64,000 bases of DNA, from NCBI GenBank assembly GCA_025201805.1, contig MU619239.1, positions 161,681-225,680 on the forward strand, read 5' to 3'. Source of the DNA: Parasitella parasitica NRRL 2501. Taxonomy: Eukaryota > Fungi > Mucoromycota. The notes beneath the pieces were generated by a model. The model was not told the DNA's origin and searched no databases. It saw nothing but the letters and a program-made list of their open reading frames with translations. This document shows, piece by piece, positions 12,146 to 25,871 of this stretch (position 1 is its first letter; each line of letters begins with the position of its first letter). The translations under genes were made by a program, and so were the position numbers.

Positions 12146-15100
12146 TTCAGTTGATCTGGCGTCTTCTAGTATAGAAGGTCTTGTTAAACAAGTACCAAAC
12201 TGGATTATGTATATCCAGTTGCACAGTAGAACAGCTAGTTAAATCTGTGCCATCTTTTCCATAATGTTAAAATGGTTCAAAAGTGTGTATCTTTGCAAAG
12301 TCAGGTACGTTGATTTTAGGCGCCCGATTTTTTTTTTTTTTAAAAAGACAAAAGCTGCAAGAAAATAATTTTTACCGATCTCAAACACAAAAAAAGTAAT
12401 AAAAAGTAATGCATTAGACTAAAAAACACCTTTTGATTACACATTTGTATAGTTTAAAGCAAGTTTTTGTACCTTTCAAGTTGGCATCAGATGAAGGTAG
12501 CGACTTTTCTGACTTTTCTCGGAATAGTATTTTTTTAAAATCGGAGCGTGAGATCGTCAGGCCAAGTACACACATGCAAGTACCATCATTAGAAACCCAA
12601 GAAGCACACCATCTAATCAAATGGTTTGTAATTGTTTTTTTTTTAAAAAATTGGGTAAGCTATGGCTTCTCAAAGCTAATGCTTTCTTCTAAAAACACCA
12701 TTTTTCTTTGATAGCGGAGATTAAACGCGTCCAATATTGGAAAGAAAAAATTCTTTCAGAAACTCCATTTGGACAATTCGAGAACAAAATTACTCCTTTG
12801 AGGCAAGATATCATCTTCTGATACTATGCATACCACAGCTGTCAGTTTATGATAATAGTTGTATTTTTGGGCGCTCTACACGCTGGTTTCATTTCATAAT
12901 CCCCGCGTGCTTATGGCAGGAATTCTTTTGAGAAAACATCAAAGACAGATCAAGAGAGAAAAGTCAATATTTTGCTTAATCAGAGCGCATTTCCAGTCTT
13001 TCAGATCAAGGAATGGTCTTTTACGATCATTTTCTTCTAATATATGCTGTAGTAAAAAGTTGCAATTTTGGGGTCAAAACCGAGAATAAAGCATAATCGA
13101 TGATTTTGGATGTGTGGATACAAGGAAAAAATCGAAAAAATCCGTGGTTTTGCATCGAAAAAAAAAATCATGCTCAAATTGCACCAAAATCATATATAAT
13201 ATTGTTTTTTCCCAATGGATACTATTTCCGGTGTAATCAGGGCACTTTTGATTATGAAAATTAATCAAAAAATGGCATACAAAGCTAAAGTTCTTGCTTT
13301 TAAGCTGTAAAAAGTATCTATCTGGAGATAATATCACGTTCATATTAATTCTAGCACACGTCAAAGTCCTCTTAAGTAAGTATTTTTGATACCCAAGAAT
13401 ACCTTTCTTCAAAGAACCATAACCAAACAGACTTCGCCGATTGAGTTAAAAGCAAAAGAGGATAATTAATGGATTCGATGTTTTGCTGTAATAATAACCC
13501 CTTGTTGTCTTGTGAATAGTTCATAGGTTGCTAATTGTTAGTGACAGAGAAGCCCTATTACAATTGAAGCTTATAATAATGCTTACTGTCAGTTCAATAG
13601 TTCCTTTTTATGTGACTCTAATGCTGAACATGTAAAATAGAAAGTAAAAAGAGGTTAAAAATGAGGTTGAGATAAATTTTACTAACAACGGTTAGGCTTC
13701 ATAATAAGCTTCTGGTAGATCCCAGGTTCCAGGCACTGTACTGTAAAGTATCAAATTCTGGATAGGGGATAACTCGTTATACCAAACACACTGTTGTACA
13801 CCAACCCGTTCGTTATAACGAGTCCCGACTATATATTCTTTCTTTGATATTGGATATGCTGACTTAACAGATGTAACATAAAATGATAATGCGAAGTTAT
13901 AAAAATAGAGATTGTCATTTGCTGAATTTGCTATGATTTTGCATTGTGTAAATGCATAATTTGACGGATACGTACAAATTGATGCCTTATTGGTATATGC
14001 AGTTTAATACTTTGATACTTTAATACTTTATGGTTTTGTAACTTGACCATTTTTTTTCTAAATATTTGAGCTTATTCAGATGTCTCATATCTAACGGATA
14101 TATCTAGAATAATTTATCAATTATGAAATTCAAACAATTTTTATTGTGGTTCGTTGGCGATCGTTTAAGTTCAGGTAACTGAAGCACATGTATGTCGATA
14201 GTGTTTATAAAGAATTTTTATTGTATCGAAAATGGGAATAATAGAAAAGAACCCAAATAGTCATTCATTTAAAAATACCTGCTACTCCTGCACAATGGCT
14301 GTTTGATCAAAAATAAAATAATTAGAGCGTCGCAATTTCGCTTCTTGTCCTTACTTGAAATATCCTTAGGGAGATCTTTCTCTTCTCCCAGCTTTTATCC
14401 GAGATAAATTTTTTTTTATCAGAAACCCTAATATACATTATCACAAACATTACGACTTTTATCATTTACTTGAACTTTTATTCCTTGTAGTTAAAGGCAA
14501 TGTCTTTAGCCAATCAACTACAACTAATAACACTTGATATAATTAATTACTTAGACTTCTTTGATTGAAACTTGAAGACGAAGAAAATAAGGATCTTAGT
14601 AAAGACAGTAATAGCCAGTAAACATTATTTATCCCAAGGTTTTCCGCTCGACATACAATATGCATGGAAGACAACCAGTCGAGAGTTCTCCCGAAAGTAA
14701 TGAAATACGATACTTATTGCGTTCCCTAACTACGCATAAATTAAGGCCAGACAAGTAAAATAACAAGAGAACTTTAATCAATACAAAAGAGTAAATTTTA
14801 CTAGTGTTCAGTAGACTAACAGGGCTTACAGAAATTGTTTCATACGGGGATAGTTCAGTCCAGTCCTAAGTCTGACAGTCCATAGAGTTGTGCTCAATGC
14901 AATATTATCGCTTAATATAAGTTTAAATAGAATATCACTACTTTTATTTGAAGGATCGCTTTTCATTTAAATACTATTATCTATCTCCTTCCAAAATGGT
15001 ATTTCGACCACTAAATGAAGAGCCACTTTGCCACGACCATTCCTTTTTATAATGGTCTGGTAAAATCGATTTAAATTTGACTATTTACCAAAGTCTACTA

Positions 15101-15484
15101 TCTGGGCCGGTCAAGACAAAAGCTGGCAAACTGTTCGTAGTTATATTTTCAAAATAGAGGACACTAGTCTTCAGTACATTTTGTGGCACGTTTATCGATC
15201 CTGGGAGAACGTTCCGAATTCGAAATTCATTTTCTGAAATAACGGAAATATTTTATTAATGTAAGATACTTTTCTACTACTTTTTGACATATTATATATC
15301 TGCCGAGCTGTGGAGAATAGGAAAGTTAAAAGGGTGTTGAAAAAGTGGTGAATTTAAGGGTAACAATTACTAAATTAAAGCAAAATGAAAACAGATATGC
15401 TACACTATTGATTATACTAAAGGGAATGATGTGTTGTTATAAATGCATGACTCTATATAAGTGTCTGAATATGAAGTGTGTATA

Positions 15485-16237
15485 TTATCTACAAAGTTGA
15501 TCGTATGGAATTCTTGTCCCCATCATGAATTCTAAATCCATCTCTGCCCTAGGCAAGTTGTTCCAAAGCATGATTTGCTGGTTTCTATCATGTCTCTCAG
15601 CAGGTTTGCATGCACTGGAATGGAACATCCAGAAGTGGCCATTGTTGCAAGCATCCAAGCATTGGGAGCATGGAGATACAACATGGTAACCAATAACATT
15701 ACCACATTCCAAACACGCAACATCTCGAATTCGACAGTGGCATGATCTTGTGAGGTAGTCTTTTTCCAAAACATGGATACTGTTTTTTTTTTCGTGAAGC
15801 GTTAATTTTTTAAGGAGTGTTTAAACCTTATGACAAACATACCATTGCGATGGAGTGTCGGTACTGTATAATTCAATGGTTGTATCAGCCAACAAGATTG
15901 CTTTCATACCACGAGCGCATACAGGAGTAGTGCAATGTCTGCACATCAATCTATAAACTGGCTTAACAGGCGAAACAAGGCCAGGATGGTCACCAATGAA
16001 TTGAGATGCTCGCATATACTGCTGTTGCTGCTGTTGCTGCTGTTGCTGCTGTTGCTGATGGTTCTGTGCATATCTACGTTGAGACTGCATTACAGATGGG
16101 GGTGTGACATTTGGGAATGTGTATCGCTGTAATGATGCAGATGATCTTCTTCCACCATTATTTATTTCGTTATGCTGCTGCGTATTGTTGGAAGTTGAAT
16201 TTCTTGGACGAGGAAGTCTAATGCGAGCAGTATCCAT
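15485..16237 (-). CDS. FAM72-like Cys-rich protein with N-terminal polyQ (exons 16237-15843, 15779-15485)
   Basis: CRHCTTPVCARGMKAILLADTTIELYSTD, CHCRIRDVACLECGNVIGYHVVSPCSQCLDACNNGHFWMFHS match the FAM72 family pattern. Confidence 0.9.
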
Positions 16238-17025
16238 AATTTGAAATAAATGATGATAGAAGAATATGGGATAAAAAAAAAGCGATTCCTGAGAAAACCA
16301 GCTCTTTTTATTTTTCAACTGTTTGTTAGAGCGTATTCAGTATAGGATTGAAGCTTAAAAATAGCAACTTCGTATATGTTCCCGATCATATTGAAAAACA
16401 ATGTCCAAGCGGGTTGAAACAAATCATTATTCGGCATGAATTCACCCAATTGCTCGGAGACAATTGCAGCAAAACTTCCATTTCACCATCATGTTGCCAC
16501 GCTGGTTACAATTTCAATGCTGTTGGCATCAACACGCACTTTATCTATATAGATAATAAAAGGTGTGTAGCAATTTTTGATCTGCTGCAGATCAAAATAA
16601 TCATTATGTAATATCCAAGAGTGTGTTCCTGAAAAACAAAAAATGCATTTGATAGTCGGGGAGAATTATGCCAACAAGCTATTTTTTTTATAAAAAAGAA
16701 TTTGTCACTACACTGCTTTTCATTAGAAAAAAAAAAAGCCTGCTTATCCTCAAAGATACAAGAGAAAATAAGAAATAAACATAAACACTTTTATTGTTAA
16801 AAAATAGATACAGTATATATAACTGTTGTCCACGGTTATATTGATTTGATACCAAGACAGGGTGAGGAAATCTCCTTGATGCTTTCGAAAGTGATATAGA
16901 TACATTGTATGTTGTCAGACAGTGTTACGTGGTGATCATTGAGTGTTGGTATATTGGTGATTAGTAAAGAGTATTAAAATTTTTGTAAATATGTACTTGA
17001 ATAATGATATTGTGGTATGACGCTA

Positions 17026-18391
17026 TTATCGATGGTGGTGTTGCGGCGAAATGGAATAATCAGACGGTTCCTCTATGACCATTTTATTTGAATTTGCTGT
17101 TGACTTTTGCGAGTAATTATCGACCAAAGTTGTAACAGTAGAAGCAAATGTCAAGACAGAGCCTGGAGTATTAGGTATGGATCTACTCCCAATTGTATTG
17201 ATACTTGGTTTAGTTTTCAATGGCTTCAATGGAGTGATATCTACTTTAATCAGTTCATTTTCATCGTTTGATAAATGCGGTGTATCTGTAGCTGATGTCG
17301 ACTGCGAGTTTATGGACGCAGTTCTGTTCAAAGACACAGAGGATGAAAACGTCTTTTCAATAATAATGGATTCTTCATCTTGATCTACGTATTTGGTGTT
17401 GATAGGAAAGTCTAATCCAGTGCCGGAAATCGATCTTGGGACAAGCCAGAGTATAGGCCATCGACCCAGTACAGACTGTACATTTTTGTAGATCCCTTGA
17501 TCATAGGGGCATTTGATCTGGATATAAACATTAAAAATCTGCTTACATATTAGTGCTTGGATACATTACATTGTGAATCTTTCCCATTCCCTTTATAGTA
17601 AGGGATCTTCCTTTCTCCCAGCCTTCGATGGTCGTTGTATTGGTAGAGATACAGTATATGTGGTAGGATGTGAGGATGCCCACTGTAATCATGATGGTTG
17701 TTGCCAAAATTAGGTTGATTGATAGAAAAGCTGATTCCAATGCTGTCGGTCGTATATCATACTACGTAAAATGCGAGTGAGAAGGTTTATATAGTTTTAT
17801 TACTTCTTCACTATATTACATGGCGCATATCCCTGACAAGTTGAGCCAACCTGCAGCTCAGGAGAATAAACAGATAGATGGAGCTGATATCCACATAAAT
17901 TAGAAAACGAAAGAAATGGCAATAGTTTGCAAATCCAACGCAATTATTGACCCAAGGACAATGGTGATCCATTTTAAGCACGCATCGATTGCACGTTGAA
18001 CAGTGGTGGGCCCTTGGTGGTTTGTAATTATCGCATGTTTTGCAGAATCTGGGCGTGTGCGTTGATTTTTTGACTTCGATGAAGGCCTGTTGTCTTGGTA
18101 TCTGCAATATACATTGTTATTACGGGTCATGTTCAATGTAATTATACCACTCAGACTCACCCATCGTGTTGGCACTGCTCCTGGGTCTGTTTTGCATGTA
18201 AGGAAATAATTGATTAATGCCATTACCACAAAAAAATTTAATGGCACAAGTATCAAAATTGAGTGTATGGTGGCAGCACCAAGATACGGCCATATCACAA
18301 AAATTTGGGATGTGTAGGTGATGAATAGGATGGTGGTAGTTACAGATGTCACTGTCAACGGTCCCTTTATAGCTTGCCAAGAACTGGACAT
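17026..18391 (-). CDS. DHHC palmitoyltransferase (Pfa4/ZDHHC6-like), multi-exon
   Basis: [54 protein letters not shown] and TM helices. Confidence 0.95.
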
Positions 18392-18825
18392 TTTACAAGA
18401 AATTAGCGAAAGAAAAGAAGAGCGATTTAGTATGCAAATGCTGCTGTGTCTTGCTTTAGCTATATACTGATAGCCACAGCAGAGGCTATCCTTTTTTTTT
18501 TTTTTTCATCATATATTTTGTATCACTTCGGAACCACGAGGAGTGTCCAAAAAGATTAGGAGGTTAGAAAAGGTAGGTGTCCCCGCCCCCCTTGAGTTTT
18601 CATTTCTGACCAACAAAACATCTTTTATTTATTGCACTGTTTCAAAGTAATTTAAGAATACAAGCGTAATAGTTTGCATGAGATCCTCTTGTTGTTGTCA
18701 ATACAAACACGTTTACAGTTGACGTTTATAGCAAGTTGAGTGCGTATTATAAATCAGTGGTGTTAATCAAGACATGGTGTAACTGTTCCTCTCAAATATA
18801 AATACATGTATACATGTTGTGTTGA

Positions 18826-18827
<2 letters not shown>

Positions 18828-18868
<41 letters not shown>

Positions 18869-18870
18869 AC
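18828..18870. repeat. (AC)n microsatellite, intergenic
   Basis: About 21 AC units with one interruption. Confidence 0.95.
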
Positions 18871-19051
18871 ATTTCATGTCATATAACAATTAGATGCGTG
18901 TGTGCGAAGATTTGACCTCCCTATTTTGCGGTTCATTTACGCTCTAAAAATACAATTACCACACAATTGTTAGGATTATCATTGTGTCTATTAGCTTATT
19001 CCCCCCTCCCTTCATCTCGCTTTGCACCCCTTAAAATACGTTAATCGCGTT

Positions 19052-21949
19052 TTATTTTTCAGTTTCACCAATATCTTGTTCCTCTGAGGCAATTTGCATA
19101 ATTAACTTGTGTTCAAGAATTTCGTCTAGGTCCGATTTCTTGAGTTTGCTGCCATTTGTGATGGCATCCACAGCAAGCTGCACAGCATCTTTCTCGTTTT
19201 CCTGCGTCTCCATCCAAGCCATGTATTCCTGCCTTGATAAATCATAGACCGTGTGTGGGAACGGCAGCGATTTTGATTGCTGCTGTGAACGTACAATTAA
19301 ATGATGTATCAAGACCAACTTGGATAAGCCGGATGTGTGGTGGGCTGCTGTCAATTGAGCAGAATCCAAAAATAGTAACGGCCTGAATGCTCTCAGTGCT
19401 TTATACTCATCTCCCACTTCCTCTATTCTTGCTCCATATTCACTCATAAACTGGCTAACAGTGAATTCTAATTCTGCCATGTCTCCTGCTAATTTTAATT
19501 TGCCTGCTTCGCTTAGGGGACACACCATACTCGCTTGAAATATGAAGACGTAGAGAATATATTTACTAATTTTTCTAACCCTATTTTTTTTTATAGCGTT
19601 AGATTATTATGACCAGTCTCCCTTTTTTGCTCGACTTACCATGTCTTGGGCTCAGCTCCACAAGAAAAGTTTTGGAGTATCGTTGTGTGAAAGTAGCGTA
19701 CGTGTCTTTGCAACTCTTTTATATAGTTGCTTTTGTCGGCTTCAGGATCAAAATTACGTTTGAGCTTGCCGGAAAAATCTTCTTGGTGTATCTTTAACAG
19801 CACACTTTCTGCGTCTTTTTTGATGGATTTGACTAGTCTGTCGCCAATCTTCGTCATGAGCGTTTGGCAATCCTAATCAGCAAACTGGTAAGCATGCATC
19901 TATTTATACATGTCATAAAATATGCATTTACATCTACTCCTTTTTTGACAACATCGACTACTTTGTCAGAGTATTCCTCCAAAATCTTCCAAACTGACTG
20001 GTGCATGTAATATAAAATATTGGCAATTTCGATATTCATATTCAGGTAATTGACAATGTGCGAGTTGGATGTGTTTGTAGTATATATTGATTGCTCGTTT
20101 TTTGGGAGCTATGCGCAGTGTTAGCAACAGCTTCAGCAAACGGTATCGCATGAAAATACTCACCAGATGTTCGCACTTGACACAGAAGCTGTTCATCGCT
20201 TTGACAGCATTTTTGCCAACTGCTTGCGCGAGATGAGGCTCGAAAGAAGCAGTTTCCAATTCACTAATGATGGATATCAGTATACAGAGTGCGCATGTAT
20301 CATGCAGGACTTACTGCCCAATAATGCGAGTAATATTCAGTACGTTATTTCTGCCCGGCGCTGTTCGTGCTAAACCGCCATAGGTAGGAAATGTTGAATT
20401 CACTGCATCGTACATGCGCTGTAATGACTTTGCGAGGAAACTGGTCTGAAACGTATTGAAGCTTCTAAGCATAATCACATATTCTGGAGTTTGAGAGTAA
20501 TCAGACAAGAGCGTGCCATTGTGTAATGCAACCCTCGAGAAGAAATCGTGCAAAAGCTTGAGCAGCTTGGGATATTCCCCCACAAAAATTGACTGCAAAA
20601 ACGTAGATGCCTTGGCAGCGTTCTTTAACTCTTGTTCAAAATTTGCAGACAAGATTCGCCAGAAATAGTTGACTAGGCTATCGGCGTCCAACGTCTATGA
20701 ACAGCTAAGGATATGTGATTTGACTAAAATAGCGGCAGTTTACCTTGGATACTTCATCCAAAAAGGAGACATGCGTTAAAGCATCCTTTTTGATTTCCAA
20801 CACTTTTTCAAGACTGTAAATCTTGATACATTGATCGCTCATTTTTGTCATGAGAGACTCCATGCGACTCCACACTGCGCTGGCAAGTTGCTTTTGATTC
20901 GTGCCGACAGAGCTGTTTGACATTGTTGGTGAGGATACTTGCTGCTGCTGCTGCTGCTTCTGTCCACCAGACGCTCCTGGTTGTCTCAACTCGTTTTGAA
21001 TAGAATGCATGTCTATCACTTTTTTGATATCCAGAATCAGGCTATTTAACATGGCCTGTGTGGTGGTCTGCACTCGATCTCCCATTTGCTTCATGTTGTG
21101 GAACACTTGTAATCCAGATGCCACTTTGGCTTGATTTTGGGAATCAATGCCTTCTTTCAACAGTGCAGTAGCCTCGTCCTCTACTCTGTCGCGAGACTCC
21201 TCAATAAACGTCAGCTCACAAGCAACAATATCAATGCCTTCAAAATCTGTTTCTTTCATAATCGTCTCGAGTTCGTAAATGGTCAGCGCTGCTGTGGATA
21301 TATCTCGATCACTAGTTGACAACTGAGCCTCCAAACGTCGCTTTAGTAAGATGAAACGATGCAACTTCCGTAGCAGTTCGCACGTAAGCTGTAGGTTTTC
21401 TAGCTGTGTTGCATAAGTTTTCAGCTGCTTGTATGGATCTCGAATCTTCTGTGACAATCTACATTTACATTTCCTTAGTAAACAGTATTTTCTCTCCAGA
21501 CTCTCACATACGTTTGAAGTGACTTATTCAATCCAGCAATGTTTGATTGCACAGTATTCAATACTAATTCTAGTTCTTTTATGCCTGTAACTTGGCTCAG
21601 AAGCGCCTCATAGTTTGTTACAACCTAGAGCATGATCAATTTTGAGTATCGCTTTCCATTTTTGCTCCACATTCATCTAACCTGCTCTTGAATCTGTTTG
21701 TTGACAATGTCGATACTGAAAGCTAATTTGGATAACTCGGTTCCAATATCGGTCGTCTCAGTTAAAGACTCTGATTCTTGTATGACAGTATCTGCATAGA
21801 TATTCGCGTCAAATTCTTCGGACAAGAAAGTATCGTAATCTAATACATGAGTGCTCAAGTTAATTAGTCGAGAATATACGCCCTTTTGATTGAATAGTAC
21901 CAATATATTTGTCTGTATCCTGGATAGAGAATCTTGCTGTTGAAGGCAT
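19052..21949 (-). CDS. COG5: Conserved oligomeric Golgi complex subunit 5, multi-exon
   Basis: FLSEEFDANIYA, YPKLLKLLHDF, PLSEAGKLKLAGDMAELEF, YKALRAFRPLLFL. Confidence 0.9.
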
Positions 21950-22292
21950 TCAAACTATAATGAGAAAAGGGGGGTTTGTTTGTTTGTCAAAAGAGAAAAT
22001 GTAAAACTGCTCCTCTTTTTCAACAACAGGTCTAAAGTAGGCTGTCTCTGATGTAGGATTACATAATCATTGAAGATAGTCGGTAGTTGTGCCATTACGT
22101 TACGTACGTGTGTACTCTTTATATATACAGAACAAGTATTTTAACAGTTTAACCGCTTCATTAATAGATGGTCATCGTTGCGTTTAATAAATATATAAAT
22201 AATGCTTTTATTATATACAGTAAATATGAGTTTTTGTGTTGCAACTTTGATCGAACTTCTATGCTCCTTTTTTCTTTTTTTTCTTTTTTTTT

Positions 22293-23372
22293 TTAATACG
22301 AACGATAATTCAAAGTGCATAATTCTGGTGTTTGATATACAGCTGCTGCTGGAGGAGGAGTGGACACATCAGCAGCAGTGGCAGCATCAATAGGAAGTAA
22401 ATCATCTTGGATCAGTACTGGATCAACCAAAACCAAATTTTCCAATTTTGCTATAAATGGTATAGAAGGAGACCCATTTTGCGATTCAAACGGTATATCT
22501 CTGCTAAGATCAGTCGTAGTAGTAGCACGAAAGGGTAATCCTAATCTGTAATTGAGTGCCATTGAGTACCGAATCAAGTATTCCGCTTGAGCATATGTTT
22601 CAATTGCTTTAGTACTGCGTCTCTCTCGAAGGACAAACACAGTTCTCTCCACAGATCTGCATAATAAATTTTCCAGCAACCAACAGCCAGCAAACAGCCC
22701 AGCTCTGCCAACGCCTCCTCTGCAGTGCGCCAAAACATTGTTTCCTTTGCTTATTTCCTTGTTCACTTCATAAACTGCATTTCTTACTTCAGACAGAGTC
22801 TTTGGACATCCGCCTTCAACCATTGGTAATCGAATGATCTTCATGTCATGTGCGTGGGCGGCCTTTTCGTACATTGCCCAAGGAGCGCCCAAAAATTCCA
22901 ATTCGGTGTCATCCAAACAGCTACGAAAAACGAATGAGACTGACGTAAAGATTATGTCTCTGGCGAAATCCCCACTTACCATACAAGCATAGTAACACCA
23001 TAGCCTGCCATGCGATCAAAATCTTGGTCTAAATCTCTATTAATGGCTGCTCTACCTCGAACAGGGCCAGACAATCTCACTTTTTTCCCAGGACAAGAGC
23101 TCAAACAGAGATTTCCTCGCAGTTGCTGCGATTGCTGAAGATGCTGGAACTGTTGGTATTGCTGATCATCAAACTTGAGCCATTTTTCCCTGACATTAGG
23201 ATCTAGAAAATCATATAAATCAAGACCATCAGGCAAGTGAGCGATGGACAAAAAACTTAGTACATCAGCCGGGACTACCCAACTTATGCTAATTTCAGTG
23301 TAAGTATATGTGATGTTATTCGGAAATTTCGACACTGATAAATTGTGGGTGTGGATGTGCGTGTGCGTGTGC

Positions 23373-23415
<43 letters not shown>

Positions 23416-23715
23416 CGAGTGCCAACTATTCCTTTTTTTCTCTTTTTTTTTCTTTTTCTTCTAGTGTTTAAGGGGTAAATGAAAAACCATGATTACTTAC
23501 TTTATTGGATGACTGATGGATGTTTTTGGCTGTTTAATTAATGGTGGTACTTCAGTTTGACTTGACACGATTGACGAACTACTTGTCGATGTAACGAGCA
23601 CAGGCAACGTTGTTGTAGATGTGGCTGCTACTGATTGCTGCTGTAGCTGCTGCTGCTGCTGCTGCTGCTGCTGCATTGGATTATCTGTGGTATAAAAGGC
23701 AGGTCTATTCGACAT
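22293..23715 (-). CDS. CDKN3/KAP-like Cys-based (dual-specificity) phosphatase with N-terminal polyQ, multi-exon
   Basis: Catalytic HCRGGVGRAG (CX5R), GNLCLSSCPGKK, RDLDQDF, AIETYAQ. Confidence 0.88.
23344..23413. repeat. (GT)n/(GCGT)n microsatellite inside intron 1 of the phosphatase gene
   Basis: Direct reading of sequence. Confidence 0.95.
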
Positions 23716-24065
23716 TCTCTTGTGTGAAGATGGGTGCAAGAAATAAAGTAAAACTAACGAAGGAGTAGATTACTTTCGCTTTTATGTTGAAAAAAGGTCG
23801 CCGAACCGAACAAGAAATGTTATCGTTTAGTAATTAGGAGTCAAATGTCGCCCAATCAGGAGATAAAGTATCTCCTCACCAAAAGAGATTCCTTTGAAAC
23901 GTCAATAGGACAAAATACAAAAGAGAGATACGAGACGTAGCTAGTCAATCATTAGAGTCAAAGATCGGATGACAGGAGAATGGCATTGTCTTGCGGATTG
24001 TTTTTAGGTTCGGTTTGGACGACAAAATTTATTGCAACATCTGTAGGCACAACTTTATTGGCTTT

Positions 24066-25871
24066 CTAGATAAATGACGTATTGGGCTCGCAAAGTACTT
24101 GCAGAGCTTCATTTGCCTGTTCAATTAGCTGATCTGGATGATTGACTAGATAAACTAGAGTACTTTGGTCGTTCTCGAGTATCATCCCAGTCAATTTACC
24201 AGATTCCTGAGGGTATTTTTCATATCTAATGTCATATTCCATGTTTAGGTAAAGTTTTGCATGAATGTGAAAATCTTACATGATTGAATAAATTCTCTCG
24301 CCTAGCATTTGCTTCTGAGTCTCGACAGAATATGGTTTCAATGCTTCCAGAGTCAATTGTGTGGGAATAGCGTTTACAACTTCTGTAGGCTGCAATTGTT
24401 GACGAGATTGCACAGGGCTGACGCTAGCAGAGCTGGCTGCACTCTTCTGCTGGATTTGTGCTTCTAAAAGGCTACGGCGATCCTCTTTACGCTGAGCCAA
24501 TGCTACATAAATTTCTTTGGATGAGATTCTGTGGCCATTCATGCGTATTACTGCTTCAGTTGCTTCTTCAGGTGAAGTGAAACATACAAATCCAAACCCT
24601 TTGGAAACCCCGGTCTATAGGAGGTCGTTAATATATCTGCAGTATGCATGTATTTGCTGTACGTTACGAGCTCATCCCTCATCACTTTGGCACTTGTGAT
24701 ATGGCCATATTGAGCAAATTCTTTTCTCAGCAAGTCGTCATCAACATTGTCTGCTAAATTTTTGACATACAAATTAGCGCCTTGGTATTTAGCAGGTTTC
24801 TCTGCAGGCATTTGATAGACATGTTGGCGTCTTAATTCATCATCGCGTTCAGATTTCTTTTGTGCTCTGGAAACAAACAGTTTTTTTCCTCGGTATTCTT
24901 GGTCGTTTAGTTTATGCACTGCTCTCTCCGCATCTTCTGGGCTCTCAAAATTGACAAAACCAAAGCCCTTTGAATTATTGTATTCGTCACGTTGAATCAG
25001 AACAGATGAAACTGGTCCAATGGATGCAAAAAGTCCTTTGATGTCGTTCTCAGTAACGTCTAATGAAATATTTTTGATATAGAGATTAGTAAATCGTTGC
25101 TGCTGCTTGTTGTTATCTTCTGATCCTTCTCGCTCGCTCTTTGGGAGTTGGTGGCCTACTTGACTGTGCAAAGAATCAATACATCTTCTTCGTGTTTGAG
25201 ATGAAAATAGTTACATTTTACGACCAAAAAGAATAGATCCATTCACCAACTGAATGGCTCTTTCAGCTGCACTGATGGAATCATAATTAACATACGCATA
25301 ACAGTGATCCACTTTTGGGTTTTTGATAATCCTGCAAGAAACGACATTTCCCCATTGTGCAAAGGTGTCGTGCAACGATTTGTCGTCCACTGAGGCTGGC
25401 AAGTTTTTGACAAAAAGATTTCCACTCCCAACAGATCTTTTATTGATGTCGCGGTCTGCTATCATCAAGCGACAGGGTCTACCGTTGATGAGGGAATAAT
25501 TCATATTGTTCAGTGTGTACAGACCTATTTGTATCTGTTAGGTTACTTTGATACGATACTATCCGAAAAGACTTACAGTCTTCTGAACGGTGAAAGTTGA
25601 TATAGGCATAGCCTAAACTTTTGCCGCTGACTCGATCACGACAAACATGGACACTTTTAGCACCCTGGAACTTCTGTTTCAATATTTCATCATTGACTTC
25701 AGGACCAAGTTCACCAACGTAGAGTGAAGATTCTGCACGGTCAACTGAAAAACGCTCGTTGGAGGAGCGTAATGACGCAGTTGCTGCTTGGGATTGGATG
25801 GCTGCAATCTTCCTCTGCTGTTCGATGGTTAGTCCACGAGGTCCAAGGGAATCTCCTCTGTGATCAGACAT
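24066..25871 (-). CDS. Polyadenylate-binding-protein-like (4 RRM + MLLE/PABC), divergent, multi-exon
   Basis: [97 protein letters not shown]. Confidence 0.92.

Noticed and set aside
12414-13412. Cluster of short ORFs and a possible TIR element
   Set aside because: No transposase motifs and no matching pair of terminal inverted repeats could be identified by eye.
22976-23425. ORF beginning MALAHTHTHTHT (apparent His-Thr repeat protein)
   Set aside because: The HT repeat is the translated intronic (AC)n microsatellite. The real exon starts downstream.
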